Shown here piece by piece: positions 1-10,904 of a stretch of DNA of 64,000 nucleotides. The DNA is from an uncultured delta proteobacterium (GTDB lineage: Bacteria; Desulfobacterota; Binatia; UBA9968), in NCBI GenBank assembly GCA_963840855.1, contig CAWJBB010000021.1, forward strand, positions 1 to 64,000, in the 5' to 3' direction. The notes under the pieces were generated by a model that ran no database searches, was not told where the DNA came from, and was given only the letters and a program-made list of their open reading frames with translations. The position numbers were made by a program, and so were the translations under genes. Numbering within the stretch: the first letter of the stretch is position 1; the number at the start of each line of letters is the position of its first letter.

Positions 1-1231
1 AACACCGGCTCCATCAGCCAGGCGGCTTTCTTCTCTACTTCTTCGGGGCTCATGGGATTTTCCGGGCGGCCGCGGCAGTTACTCACATGTTCGCGCAACG
101 TCCGGCCATCTTTGAGCGTCACTTCCACCAAGCCTTGGAACCGAGCGCCGGCTCGCTCCAGCTCTTCGTCTGGAACAAGCTCAACTCTTTGCTTCATCTC
201 CTGCACTTGCGAATCTTGCAGGCGCTTGTAATCATGCGCCGATTCGAAAGTGAGCTTGCCCTCAAGCAGGATATTGGCAACCATATATTGCACATTGACG
301 TCGGGCATCTTTCGGTTGTTGACCGTGCGCGCGCCGCTCGAGGGAATGCGCACGACGACTCTCTTCGACGTCCTGCGGGTGGATCGGCTGCTTGGCGAGC
401 ATCGCCAAGGTCGCATCGACCGTTTCCATCATCGGGGAGCCCACCGGATATTTTTTTATCAAGCAACTGGTAATCGTGAATTTCTGACCGAGATCACTCA
501 ATAACTTACTTGGCTCGCAGGGCGCGTAGGTTTTTATGATATTCTGGTCTCCTTCGAGCACGTCGCGATTGCCCGTATAGCCCGACTTGACCAGCAGCGC
601 GGCCGTTACGCCGTTGCGCGCCGGCATGCCCGCGTAGTCGAATGCTTTCTCAATATGGTCGTCGTCCCCCACCCAGGCCCGCGAACCAGAGGCTTGCTGC
701 GCCGCGTACGATATCGAGTAACAGAGCTGTAAATGGTCCAGTTCCGCCAGCGCGCCGGCGGCGGCGGACGCCCCGAAGGTCGCGCCAAAACTGGTCGAAC
801 GCGGCTGGAAAGCAACGTGAAACCGAAAGCCGATATCGTAGCCAAGGATCACGGCTCGGAGCAGCGCATCGCCGCCGCGATTTTGTGCCTCGGCGACGGC
901 CAACGCCGCGGGGACGATGGCGCAGCCGGGATGGAGCTGGCTGTTGGAATCATCGGTCTCATCGGCGTGGGCCGACATGCCGTTGGCGAAGGCGGCGGAG
1001 ATCGGCGTGGTTCTGAGATTGGATCCCAGCACCGCGCACTCTTCCTTGCCGCCTTGCGCGCGCGCGTGCTGCAGCCCGAGCTTTCCCGCTTGAAGAGTCG
1101 AGCCCGAAACGATGGCGGCAAGCGTGTCCAAGAATATGGCTTTTACCTTTTTGAATTACTTCAGCCGGCAGTTTCACCCGCCGCGCGGCGAGCATATAGT
1201 CCGCCATGGAATCGATGATTTTCGTAGCCAT
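1..1231 (-). CDS. MmgE/PrpD family protein (frameshifted, runs off window edge)
   Basis: ATG 1231 with GGAGG RBS. Motifs AHADETDD and HPGCAIVPAAL, C-terminal CRGRPENPMS. Split over three frames near 1131 and 320. Confidence 0.85.
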
Positions 1232-1247
1232 AGCACCTCCGGGGAAC

Positions 1248-1320
1248 TGGATTGATGGAGTAGTGGAGTATTGGAGTGTTGGGAAATCCGGACGTTCTAC
1301 CCCCAACTCCGGTGCTCCAC
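1248..1320. repeat. Octamer (TGGAGTAG-type) tandem-unit hairpin
   Basis: TGGATTGA-TGGAGTAG-TGGAGTAT-TGGAGTGT followed by inverted ACTCC/GCTCCA units. Related copies at 15293-15345, 29021-29038 and 39153-39197. Confidence 0.7.
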
Positions 1321-1473
1321 ACATTTTCGCCGATCGTAGTTCCGAGGCAAAGCGTCTGTCAAGATCAGGTTGACAGCCATTGCTCAGCTGCGTTATACGC
1401 CGTCATGTTAGAATCCGACTTCGCGTCACAGCTCACCGCAGGAGATTGATCGTCATCACGAAGGGAGGGGCCT

Positions 1474-3013
1474 ATGAGCGAGAACGTCAAGAACCTTGGC
1501 CGAAGGGAATTGCTTCAAAAAACTGCGGTGGCCGCCGCAGCGATTACTTTCTCGCCCTTCGTCTTTCAACGCTCGGCTTTTTCACAATCACGGAGCCGCG
1601 TCACTGTTGCCCACGGTGTCGGCATCTACTCTTTGAATCCCTATGCCGTCAACACCTCGCCCCTCCAGGCCGTATGGCAATCGATCATGGAGCCGCTGAT
1701 CGATGTCGATTACGACAAACGCGAATACCAGGGCGTGTTGGCGGAATCCTGGCAGATGAAGGGCAACAAGATCCACTTCAAGTTACGCAAGGGAATCCGC
1801 TTTCATGACGGAGCGCCGTTTAGCTCGAAAGACGTGATCGCCTCGTTTAAGCGGATTCTTACCGATAAGGAAAGCCTCCAGGCGCCGAACCTGCAAAACA
1901 TCCGCGAAATGGAGGCGCCGGATGATTTTAACTTCGTGCTCACCCTCAAGAAACCCGACGCCAACGCCCTGGAAGACATCAATAACCGAGTGATCATGAA
2001 GCAGGCCGCCGCGGAAAAAATGGGGGAAGCTGACAGGTCACCGATCGGCACCGGCCCATTTAAGTTCGTCAGTTGGGAGCGCTCGGGTCAATTTGTTTTG
2101 CGCCGGAACGAAAACTATTGGGGACAACCGCCAAAAATCGAGGAGGTCATTTACAAAACCATACAAGAAGACGCCGCCCGGATCGCGGCGCTGGAGGCAG
2201 GCCAAGCCGATATTATCAGCAACATTCCACCCCATGAGGTGGAGCGCCTCAAAGCGAACCCGCGCCTTCGCGTGCAACCTGTGCAGGGGCTGCGCCCGAT
2301 CTTTTTAGTCCTGAGCCCGGCCTACAAGCCGCTCGATAACGTGAAGGTGCGCCGCGCCATCACTCACGCCATCGATAGGGAGAGAATCATAAAACATATT
2401 CTGGAGGGAAACGCCTATCCCCTGTCCGGCTTACTAAGCCCCCAGGTATTCGGCTACGACCCCGGCGCCAAGGCGTTTTCCTACGACCCGCAGAAGGCGA
2501 AACAATTGCTCAACGAAGCCGGCTTCACCAATGGTTTCGAAATCGAATACTACAGCCCAACCGGCAGATACCCCAAGGACCGGGAGGTCGCGCTGGTGAT
2601 CGTCGAGCAGTTGTCTAAGGTCGGCATCAAAGCGATTCTAAAAACACCTGAATGGAGCATCTTCAATACCGACTACAAGAACGGCAAATACCCGATGTAT
2701 CTCACGGGACGCGGCAGCTTGATCGACGCCGACACGCTCTTTCACCAGTACTTCAGGACCGGCACGACCAAACGAACTCTGGGCTACAGCAATTCCAAGC
2801 TCGACGAGGTTCTCGACCTGGAGCAGCAGTCTTTCGACGTAAAGAAGCGCGAAAAGCTGCTCATGGAAGCGCACCGGATCATTCTCGAAGACGCGCCTGC
2901 GGTACCGCTTTGGAATAGCATGGATATCTACGCGCACCGAGCCGACATCGTCTGGACGCGCACCGCCGGATGAAAAGGTTCACTTGAAGCAAGCTCAGCT
3001 GCGCGGAAAATAA
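1474..3013 (+). CDS. ABC transporter solute-binding protein, family 5 (peptide/nickel), Tat signal
   Basis: GRRELL twin-arginine motif, LRKGIRFHDG, PIGTGPFKF. The ORF stops at 2973, but a one-base shift continues APPDEKVHLKQAQLRGK to TAA at 3013. Confidence 0.9.
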
Positions 3014-3043
3014 GGGCAGTCATCAGTGAGCAGGTTTCGGGTG

Positions 3044-3616
3044 TCAGGTTTGAGGCGCGGATACTAACTCATCGATGACTTGGAGCAAGCGCGACGCCGA
3101 CGGCCGGTCCGAGGGGTTTTGGCTGCGGTGCGCGAAGAGTATATTTCCGTCCCGATCCAACAGAAAATCGCCGCCGGACTGATAGATATCCTCTTTGCCG
3201 TAGTCCTCCCGTTTCAAACCTGCGCGCAGCAATTTCCAGTACAACCTCAATGTCGCCGGCGAGAATACGTGAAACCACGAAAGCCTTTTCAAGGCGAATT
3301 TTCGATACGCAACACGCTGGGGATCGGCAAGAATAGTAAAAGGCCACTGATGATGCTCCTGATAGGGAACCAGCTTGGCCGGCTCGGCGAAAGAAACAAC
3401 AGCTACGGTGACGCCACGCCGGTCAAATTCATTTTTTAGTGATTTCACCTCGCCGAGGTGGGCCTGGCAAGGTAGTCAGGCGAGGTGCCTGAGAAAGATC
3501 AGGAGCAAATAGTCTTCGAAATATGCGGGTAGAGCGGCTGGCTCACCATGAAGGTCGACAAACGCTAAATGACCAAGAGGCACTCTTTCCACGAAAGGTT
3601 GAACCCGACGGCTCAT
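3044..3616 (-). CDS. AhpC/TSA (peroxiredoxin-like, SelL-related) selenoprotein with UxxC motif
   Basis: Single frame from ATG 3616 reading IFLRHLA-TGA-LPCQAHL into the 134 aa ORF (LADPQR, YQSGGDFLLD). In-frame TGA at 3476-3478 followed by a hairpin. Confidence 0.8.
3446..3460 (-). promoter_or_regulatory. Candidate bacterial SECIS apical hairpin
   Basis: CACCTC-GGC-GAGGTG begins 15 nt after the in-frame UGA, with a G-containing loop. Confidence 0.6.
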
Positions 3617-3696
3617 TTCATTCTTCCGCCCTCATACTTCATTCTTCGACGTGTTCAGGGTGAATCGTTCGGAAGCGATCCTGCTTAGAGATTGGC

Positions 3697-3727
3697 AAAA
3701 AAAAGGGGCGCCCCGACCTAGCGCCCC
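3697..3727 (-). terminator. Intrinsic terminator of the RRM gene
   Basis: GGGGCGC...GCGCCCC stem followed by T8 on the minus strand. Confidence 0.85.
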
Positions 3728-3749
3728 GTCGATCCGAATGTGTTGCGAA

Positions 3750-4079
3750 CTACCAGCGGTTACGGCCGCCACCACCGCCGCCACCGCCGCGTCTTTCACC
3801 GCCACGATCACCAAAACCGCCGGATCGCCTCTCCTGAGGACGGGCCTCGTTGACCGTCAAATTGCGGCCCTCGAAATCGGTCCCGTTCAGCGCCTGAATG
3901 GCTTTTTGCGCCTCATCGGAGCTGGCCATCTCGACGAAGCCGAAACCGCGGGAACGTCCGGTAAACTTATCGGTGATCACGCGGGCGGATTCGACCTGCC
4001 CATGCGTCGAAAACAGATCCTGTAGTTGTGCATCGGTGGTAGCATACGGTAATCCACCCACGTATATTTTACTGCTCAT
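3750..4079 (-). CDS. RNA-binding protein (RRM, glycine-rich tail)
   Basis: RNP2 IYVGGL, RNP1 RGFGFVEM, Gly/Arg tail. Confidence 0.95.
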   Translation of the reverse strand: MSSKIYVGGLPYATTDAQLQDLFSTHGQVESARVITDKFTGRSRGFGFVEMASSDEAQKAIQALNGTDFEGRNLTVNEARPQERRSGGFGDRGGERRGGGGGGGGRNRW

Positions 4080-4407
4080 GTTCTTCTCCTTATAGAGAAA
4101 TGTTATGGTCTTTCACCCTGAGAAACCGATCACCGCTGGAAGCAGAACATGGAATGCAACGCACGCTCTGGTCGGATTGTCCGCGTGGTAGGAACTCGCA
4201 AGGAAAGACGGCCCAGACCTTCAATTCTATATTCTTCCACTATCAGAAGGCCCCTTACTGAAGTGTGTAAATAGCGTATATCGTCAAAGGATTCATTGCA
4301 ACACCAAATTTTGACAACTGGGCCAGCCATTAGAACTGGGGGTTGCGTCCCTCATGGGTTTCATACTATGGAACAGAACTAAACCATTTGAGAGGGAGGA
4401 TTACACA

Positions 4408-5166
4408 ATGTATCAAACCGATCAGTATCAAGGCATGCTGGCGGAGACCGTCACGGTGACGGGACACAAAAGCGATGTCATCAACGCCTACTACGCGCGG
4501 CCCTTGGGGCCGGGCCCTTATCCCGGAATGGTGATTATCCACCATGCGCCGGGCTGGGACGAGTGGTATCGCGAATGCGCCCGCAAGTTCGCTCACCACG
4601 GCTACGCCACGATATCGCCCAATCTCTATTTCCGCGACGGCCATGGCACTGCCGAAGACGTCGGCGCCAAAGTCCGCGCGGCGGGGGGCGTGCCCGACGA
4701 TCAGGTGCTTGGCGACCTCGAAGGCTCGCTGACATTCTTGCGCTCGCAGCCGCACGTGAGCGCTAAGGTCGGGGTCTTCGGCACATGCTCCGGCGGCCGT
4801 CACGGCTTTCTCGCCGCCTGCCGGCTAAAGGGATTCAGCGCTCTGGTGGAATGCTGGGGCGGCAACGTAGTCCAGAAACCGGAAGAATTGACGCCCAAGC
4901 GGCCGGTGGCGCCCATCGATTACACCAAAGATCTCTCCTGCCCGATGATCGGCATATTCGGCAACGACGATAAATCGCCCTCGCCGGAGCAGGTCAATCA
5001 GCATGAAGCGGAACTTAAGAAGCATGGCAAGAACTACGAGTTTCACCGCTACGACGGCGCGGGCCACGGCTTTTTCTATTATGACCGCCCCGCCTATCGC
5101 CAGGAGCAGGCGGTGGACGGCTGGAAAAAAACCCTCGCGTTCCTGGAAAAACAGCTCAAGGGCTAA
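4408..5166 (+). CDS. Dienelactone hydrolase family protein
   Basis: GxCxGG (GTCSGG), YDGAGHGF; GGAGGA RBS before ATG 4408. Confidence 0.9.
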   Translation: MYQTDQYQGMLAETVTVTGHKSDVINAYYARPLGPGPYPGMVIIHHAPGWDEWYRECARKFAHHGYATISPNLYFRDGHGTAEDVGAKVRAAGGVPDDQVLGDLEGSLTFLRSQPHVSAKVGVFGTCSGGRHGFLAACRLKGFSALVECWGGNVVQKPEELTPKRPVAPIDYTKDLSCPMIGIFGNDDKSPSPEQVNQHEAELKKHGKNYEFHRYDGAGHGFFYYDRPAYRQEQAVDGWKKTLAFLEKQLKG

Positions 5167-5186
5167 CGGAAGAAGGGAGCGCGCCA

Positions 5187-5480
5187 ATGTGCACTATGAT
5201 CGTCCATCAAGCGAAAATCGAAGGCCGTGGCAAAAACATCAACGGTTGGTTCGAGCTGAAGGAAGCCAACGTCTCCTACGATCACCCTTACGACATGCCG
5301 CTGGAGCATGCTTTGAATATCGACTTTGTAAACGAAGCCGAGGGGCCGTCGGCGCGGGTCGCCGTGGAGCTGAGCATCGAAGGCGCCCGAAGTTTGGTTA
5401 AGTCCATTGAGGCGGTCCTGGCCCAGGCCGAGGAGCGCGGGGTTCTCGAGGATATTCGGCTCGCAGCGGCGATTCGCTGA
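5187..5480 (+). CDS. Small conserved protein (DUF6295-like)
   Basis: MCTMI start, YDHP..PLEHALNIDFVNE..GPSARVAVELS; follows the hydrolase. Confidence 0.7.
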   Translation: MCTMIVHQAKIEGRGKNINGWFELKEANVSYDHPYDMPLEHALNIDFVNEAEGPSARVAVELSIEGARSLVKSIEAVLAQAEERGVLEDIRLAAAIR

Positions 5481-5490
5481 GGCTTTCGCG

Positions 5491-5570
5491 GTTCAACGTT
5501 CAAGGTTTGACGTTCAAGCTCGCGGGGACCAAGGTTCTCCGCATCTAACGTTGAACCTTGAACGTTGAAC
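5491..5570. repeat. GTTCAA-heptamer tandem-unit hairpin
   Basis: GTTCAAC-GTTCAAG-GTTTGAC-GTTCAAG ... GTTGAAC-CTTGAAC-GTTGAAC. Confidence 0.85.
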
Positions 5571-5600
5571 TGAGAAATTCCGTCCAATTTTCCCACTTCG

Positions 5601-6854
5601 TTGGCCGCTTCATCTGACACAGACCCGAGTTCCACCGGGGCCGAGACTATCCGGCCCTGGGCGTCTTTACTCTTTCGCGACTTCCGCCTGGTGTGGATTG
5701 CCAGCGTGTGCACGGCGGTGGCGATCCAGGTGCGCAACGTCGCGGGACTGTATCAGGTTTACGAGATTTCCGGCTCTGCGCTACAGCTCGGCATCACCGG
5801 TTTCCTCCAAGCGTTTCCCTTCGTAATATTCGGCCTCTTCGCCGGCGCCGTGGCCGACAGCTTCGACCGAAAGAAGCTTCTGGTCGTCACGATGGTCGTC
5901 CAGTTGATCCCCAGCCTGTTGCTCGGAATGCTGACGATGGCAGGCGCCGTGCAAGCCTGGCACGTGTACACCCTCGGCTTCGTCGGCGCCCTAGTGGAGG
6001 TGTTCAACTGGCCTGCGCGTTCCGCGCTGATCCCCCGGCTTGTGCCACGCTCCTATTTGATGAACGCAATGACCCTCAACACAATCATCATTCAGATGAG
6101 CTTTCTGCTCGGCCCTGCCATCGGCGGCATGCTCATCGATCATACTGGACTGGTCACGACATATTTGCTGACCATCGGCATGCTCCTGCCGGGGGGCTTT
6201 GCCATTCTCGCCATGCGCACCTCAGGCGTGCCACAAGGCGAACGCCGCCGTGTCAATCTGCGCAGCATATTCGAAGGCATCGAGTTTATCTGGATTCAAC
6301 GGATCATTCTGTCTTTGTTTCTCCTCGACTTCGGCGTCACCTTGGTGGGTTTTTACCGGCCGATCCTGCCGATCTTCGCTGCCGATGTTTTCAAGACCGG
6401 AGCGTCGGGGTTAGGCGTGCTGTACGGCGCGCCGTCGGCCGGCGCCATCGTGGGATCGTTTGCGGTACTGATGATAGGCGACGTTGAGCGCAAAGGCGTG
6501 ATGGTCATCATCGCCGCGCTGATATTCGCCGGTAGCCTGGCCCTGCTGGGATCGTCCCAAGGGTTCTCGATGGCGGTGGTGGCAACGCTGATTTTAGGAT
6601 TTTCCGATTCCCTCAGCGTCGCGATTCGGCGCACCGTAGTTCAGCTGCTCGCGCCGGACGGCATGCTCGGCAGGGCTTCGAGTTTGATTACCATCTTCGC
6701 CCAAGCGACCAATGGCCTAGGCGCAATTTTGGCAGGGGCCGCCGCACAATGGATCGGCGCGCCGAACGCGCTACTCCTTGGCAGCGCCCTCTGTTTTCTG
6801 ATGATCCTGGCAATCTGCTCCGCGATCCCGCAGCTCTGGCGCTATAGATCGTAA
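5601..6854 (+). CDS. MFS transporter (EntS/DHA3-like)
   Basis: About 12 hydrophobic segments, GAVADSFDRK motif A. Confidence 0.9.
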   Translation: MAASSDTDPSSTGAETIRPWASLLFRDFRLVWIASVCTAVAIQVRNVAGLYQVYEISGSALQLGITGFLQAFPFVIFGLFAGAVADSFDRKKLLVVTMVVQLIPSLLLGMLTMAGAVQAWHVYTLGFVGALVEVFNWPARSALIPRLVPRSYLMNAMTLNTIIIQMSFLLGPAIGGMLIDHTGLVTTYLLTIGMLLPGGFAILAMRTSGVPQGERRRVNLRSIFEGIEFIWIQRIILSLFLLDFGVTLVGFYRPILPIFAADVFKTGASGLGVLYGAPSAGAIVGSFAVLMIGDVERKGVMVIIAALIFAGSLALLGSSQGFSMAVVATLILGFSDSLSVAIRRTVVQLLAPDGMLGRASSLITIFAQATNGLGAILAGAAAQWIGAPNALLLGSALCFLMILAICSAIPQLWRYRS

Positions 6855-6867
6855 AAAGACACGTGGC

Positions 6868-6958
6868 GTTCAAAATGTTCAAACCGTTCAAGTCGTTCAA
6901 AACGTGGGCCGGATTGTTCGACGGCTTGACCGATTTGAACGGCTTGAACTACTTGAAC
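6868..6958. repeat. GTTCAA-nonamer tandem-unit hairpin between convergent genes
   Basis: GTTCAAAAT-GTTCAAACC-GTTCAAGTC-GTTCAAAAC ... three TTGAAC units at 9 nt period. Confidence 0.85.
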
Positions 6959-7004
6959 CCAGCGAGCAGCGTATTTACACTGGTTGCGGTTAACTGCATT
7001 CTTC

Positions 7005-8615
7005 TTATTTTGCTTTGACCCGCCCGGCTTTGAGCTTTTCGCCGATTTCGAAGTGGCGGCCTTGCACCGCTAGCTCCGCTTCGTGATCCAGCTCTTCGCT
7101 CCACTGTCCCAGCGAATAACCGAACCACGGCATCTGCGGTCTGAGCTTCGGCAGCTCGAGCTCCTCCCAGATTTTACGGGCATTCTCCATGAACTCGCGT
7201 TTGGGCAGCGAGACCGGCGGAAAAGGCTCCTTGAGTATCGCGTTGCACAGCATCGCCGATTCATCCGCCGGCAAATGATACGAAACCACGTCCGTTCCTT
7301 TGGTCTCATGCTCATAAAGAAACGGTGGAGCGTGCCCTTTTTCCATCCCGCCGACGATGTGCACGTCTTTATGCGGTTTCATGCGGTAGCACATCGCCCA
7401 GAAGACCGCCGCTTCGTTGGACGGATCGATGTCTTCATCGACGGCGACGACGATCTTGCCGACGCCGGGATGGAACGAGCACGCTGCGTGCAGCGCGCGC
7501 CAGACTTCTGCTTCGTTGGGCCGGCGCATTTGAATGATGACCAGCTTATAAGTGTTAGTCAGCGGTTCATGCATTTCCACGCGGAGCACGCTGGTGATGC
7601 GGCATTCGTCGCGCAAGTGGACGAGCATCAACCGGTCATAACCGATCTTGCGGATCACCGACGATTCGCTGGGCGTCAGTTGGCTCAGCCACGAAGTATA
7701 GATCGCGTCCTTGCGATGCGTGATCGCCGTCACATCCATGAATGGATTCATCTGCCGCGGATGCATGTAGCCGTGGGACTCGCCGAATGGCCCTTCCGGT
7801 TCGATATATTCGGTATTCAAGTAACCTTCGATGACGATCTCGGCCTCCGCCGGCACCATGATGTCGTGGGACAGGCTCTTCACCATCGGAATCGGCTCTC
7901 CGGCCAATCCACCGGCCACGCCGATTTCATCCACGCCGTAGGGGATCTTTTGCACCGACACGTAAGACACGATGGGCGGCGCGCCGATCACCAGAGAGGC
8001 GGGAAGATGCTTGCCTTTCTGCTGGGCTTTTTTCCAGTGAAGATAGATGTCTTGGCCTAAACCGGAAGGAAACACGCCGATGCGCCGGCGCGCTTTGATC
8101 TGGCCGCGATAGTTGCCAATGTTTTGAATGCCGGTGTCCATGTCAGCCGTGATCCAGTGCGAACAAGTCGTGTAGGGCCCGTTGTCGAAACCCGGTGTTG
8201 AGATCGGCACCGGAAAGCGGTCCAAGCCGTTGCCTTCTCTATCCAGATCATCGCCTTGAATCACCACGTCTTGGCATTTCGCGTTGGTTACCGTGACGGG
8301 ATTGATCGGTTCCGCCAAGGCTTTTTTCCAGCGCGCATCCATCTTCTCCGCGCTGTCGCAGCCCATGCCGAGATAGTAAATTTTCGGCTGCCCCGCCAGG
8401 GCACCGACCACCACCGGCATGTTATATCGGCGGCCTTTGGCGTCGGTAACATTTTCGAACAGCCACGCTTTGCGGTCCTCTTCCGCCAGTCCGCGATACT
8501 GCCAGCGGACCAACGGGTGCAGTTCCGTGTCTTTATTGATCAGCCTCGTGATCCGTCGCAAAAGGCCGTGCTCCTCAAGATTTTTGAGGTGCTGGTGCAA
8601 ATCGAAATACGGCAT
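7005..8615 (-). CDS. UbiD family (prFMN-dependent) decarboxylase
   Basis: NIGNYR, VPAEAEIVIEG, EGPFGESHGY, VAVDEDID. Confidence 0.93.
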   Translation of the reverse strand: MPYFDLHQHLKNLEEHGLLRRITRLINKDTELHPLVRWQYRGLAEEDRKAWLFENVTDAKGRRYNMPVVVGALAGQPKIYYLGMGCDSAEKMDARWKKALAEPINPVTVTNAKCQDVVIQGDDLDREGNGLDRFPVPISTPGFDNGPYTTCSHWITADMDTGIQNIGNYRGQIKARRRIGVFPSGLGQDIYLHWKKAQQKGKHLPASLVIGAPPIVSYVSVQKIPYGVDEIGVAGGLAGEPIPMVKSLSHDIMVPAEAEIVIEGYLNTEYIEPEGPFGESHGYMHPRQMNPFMDVTAITHRKDAIYTSWLSQLTPSESSVIRKIGYDRLMLVHLRDECRITSVLRVEMHEPLTNTYKLVIIQMRRPNEAEVWRALHAACSFHPGVGKIVVAVDEDIDPSNEAAVFWAMCYRMKPHKDVHIVGGMEKGHAPPFLYEHETKGTDVVSYHLPADESAMLCNAILKEPFPPVSLPKREFMENARKIWEELELPKLRPQMPWFGYSLGQWSEELDHEAELAVQGRHFEIGEKLKAGRVKAK

Positions 8616-8757
8616 ACTCGTGCACGCTCCTATTCTTCAATGAATCTGAATGAGATATCCGATCAGTCCCGGCAGAACAGGGGCAGAAATCGTTGTGGTC
8701 GTTTGATTTAACGGCGCATCAGGGTGCCCGCGCACGGGTCCAACAAAGCGCGGCAGC

Positions 8758-9798
8758 CTACTGCTGTTTGCCGTATTTACTCGCGAGCTGAGCGAAGAAC
8801 CCCTCCCGCTCTAGGTCGGAGAGTATGGACTTGTCGATGAAATCGGCGACGCGCTTACCGCGCATTTCCGGCACCGTGGGCGTCAGATTCTCGATCTCCG
8901 ATTGAATCACTTCTTCCATCGGATAGGGCTTGGTGGGCAAAAAATCAACGACATAATTCCTATACAGCGCTTCGACGCGCCGCGGTTCGTGCTCGCGCAT
9001 ATGTTTGCGAAAGCTCCCCAAGGCAACGTTCTTATTGGCCCGGCCGAGATAGATCGCTTCACAAAAGCTCATCATAAATGCCCGCGCCTTCGGGCGATTG
9101 TTCTTTAGGAAATCCCGCTTCGCTGATAGATCGCTGGCGCTGGTATGGATGCCAAGCTCTTTCAAATCGGCCAGCAGCGACAGCTTCATTCCCTTGGTCT
9201 CGGCTTCATAGATATTATCCGGGCTCACCAAAGTTGCATCGATCTTTCCCTGGTGCATGATCATTACGCGTTTGTTGGACTCCGCTAGACCGGTGGCGAG
9301 AATATTGACATCTTTACCCGGCGTGAGTCCCAACTTGAGCAACGCGCGCCGCGTCGCAAACTCCACCGTAGTTCCGGGGCGGCTGATTCCGACGGTCTTT
9401 CCCCGCAAGCCTGGCGCGCTCGTGATGGACGGATGTGCTGCCAATGTCCAGGCCGAGGGGCCAAAGGTACCGATGATCGCGACGGGCAAACCGCGCGCCG
9501 CCGAAACCATAGAGGTGGAACCCGGCGCGCCGAGAATCTCCACGTCGCCGCCGGCGAGGGCGCCGATGGCGGCGTTGCCCGCGGCGATCACGACCAGATT
9601 GACATGCAAGCCGTTTTTTTCGAATAGCCCCGCGTCCTTTGCGATCCAAAGCGGAATTCGGCTGCCGGTCACCGAAGCGTAGGAGACGTTCAATGTTTCC
9701 AACTGCTGGGCCAACACTGATCGAATCAAAGCAAACGGCGCGACGGCGACCAGAATTGCGGCCAAGATGAAAATTTTAGAATCTAGCTTAGCGTTCAC
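8758..9798 (-). CDS. ABC solute-binding protein, NMT1/SsuA-like
   Basis: Signal peptide, PLWIAKDAGLFEKNGL, LRGKTVGIS. Confidence 0.88.
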   Translation of the reverse strand: MNAKLDSKIFILAAILVAVAPFALIRSVLAQQLETLNVSYASVTGSRIPLWIAKDAGLFEKNGLHVNLVVIAAGNAAIGALAGGDVEILGAPGSTSMVSAARGLPVAIIGTFGPSAWTLAAHPSITSAPGLRGKTVGISRPGTTVEFATRRALLKLGLTPGKDVNILATGLAESNKRVMIMHQGKIDATLVSPDNIYEAETKGMKLSLLADLKELGIHTSASDLSAKRDFLKNNRPKARAFMMSFCEAIYLGRANKNVALGSFRKHMREHEPRRVEALYRNYVVDFLPTKPYPMEEVIQSEIENLTPTVPEMRGKRVADFIDKSILSDLEREGFFAQLASKYGKQQ

Positions 9799-9830
9799 TG
9801 ATTCGCATTACCCCGTTACCCAGCGCTCCT

Positions 9831-10901
9831 TCAGTACAGGCTCCGAAAAAAGCCGCTACTCTCGAAGCGCTTGCAGTAGCTCATGTCCACGAGATCTTCG
9901 GCCTTTACCTGCGCCGCTTTGGCATTGAGCCCATGCTGCGCCATCAACTTGAGCATCGAAGCCACGCCTGCCATCGACGGGCAGGGCATTTTCGGCAATT
10001 CGGCGAGCAAACCTTGATAGGCTTTTTCGATGCGGTCCGCTCTATCCAGTCGCAAGTTACGGCCGAGGCTTTTCATGACAATCTCTTTGTTAGCCGGCCT
10101 ATGGACGAATGCCACGCCTTCCACCGTGGCCTTCGCGACGTTTTCTACCAACTGCGGATTGGTCTTGATCAAGCTGCGCGCGACGACTATGCCGGACGAT
10201 TGAAAGGGCACGTTTTCTTTGCCTAAATCAACCAAGACCCGATAGCCCTCGCTCACCACCACCTGACCGATTTCAGGAGACAAACTGGTCGCATCGACGC
10301 TACCGGCACGGAGTGCGCCCATCCGTTCAGGAACCCCGCCGACTCCCAACAACACGATATTGTCGCGCCGCGGTACCAGCCCGAGATGATCAAGCGCCAC
10401 GTAGGCCGCCATCGAAGCGGAACCGGCGGGAGTTCCGATGGCGACTTTCTTGCCCTTTAGATCCTCACCACCTTTGATCGCCGGTTTGGCGACAAAGAGA
10501 TAATCGAGCCGGTTCTCCACCCCGAGAATCATCGCGAAGTCGCCACCCCCGGTATTGGCGTTCAAAACATGGGTGCCGCCCACCATCCCCACCGGCACCT
10601 GCCCCGCCAACATCGCCTGCATCGCCCGCCCGGCAATAATAAAAACCAGATCGACGTCCAGGCCGTATTTCTTGAAGATGCCCTGCTCTTTGGCGATCCA
10701 TAACGGCGCGACGTTATTGCTGATGGCGCCATGGGCAAGCAGGAGCTTTGTGGGTTCAGCAGCGCAGGACGGAAAAACTGAAGTGAGCAGTAAATGGCCC
10801 AGAAGCGCAATAAATAAAATTACTTGCCATGCCACACTTTTCTTCCCTCCCGTCATTGCTTTAATTTTCCTAAAGCCGGTTGACTCATGCCTATCGCCCA
10901 A
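9831..10901 (-). CDS. ABC solute-binding protein, NMT1/SsuA-like
   Basis: PLWIAKEQGIFKKYGL, DLKGKKVAIG. The true start may be a later Met (MTGGKK). Confidence 0.88.
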   Translation of the reverse strand: MGDRHESTGFRKIKAMTGGKKSVAWQVILFIALLGHLLLTSVFPSCAAEPTKLLLAHGAISNNVAPLWIAKEQGIFKKYGLDVDLVFIIAGRAMQAMLAGQVPVGMVGGTHVLNANTGGGDFAMILGVENRLDYLFVAKPAIKGGEDLKGKKVAIGTPAGSASMAAYVALDHLGLVPRRDNIVLLGVGGVPERMGALRAGSVDATSLSPEIGQVVVSEGYRVLVDLGKENVPFQSSGIVVARSLIKTNPQLVENVAKATVEGVAFVHRPANKEIVMKSLGRNLRLDRADRIEKAYQGLLAELPKMPCPSMAGVASMLKLMAQHGLNAKAAQVKAEDLVDMSYCKRFESSGFFRSLY

Positions 10902-10904
10902 ATT

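Noticed and set aside
4080-4300. Riboswitch or ncRNA in the long leader of the RRM gene
   Set aside because: No recognisable conserved motif by eye; an Rfam search would be needed.
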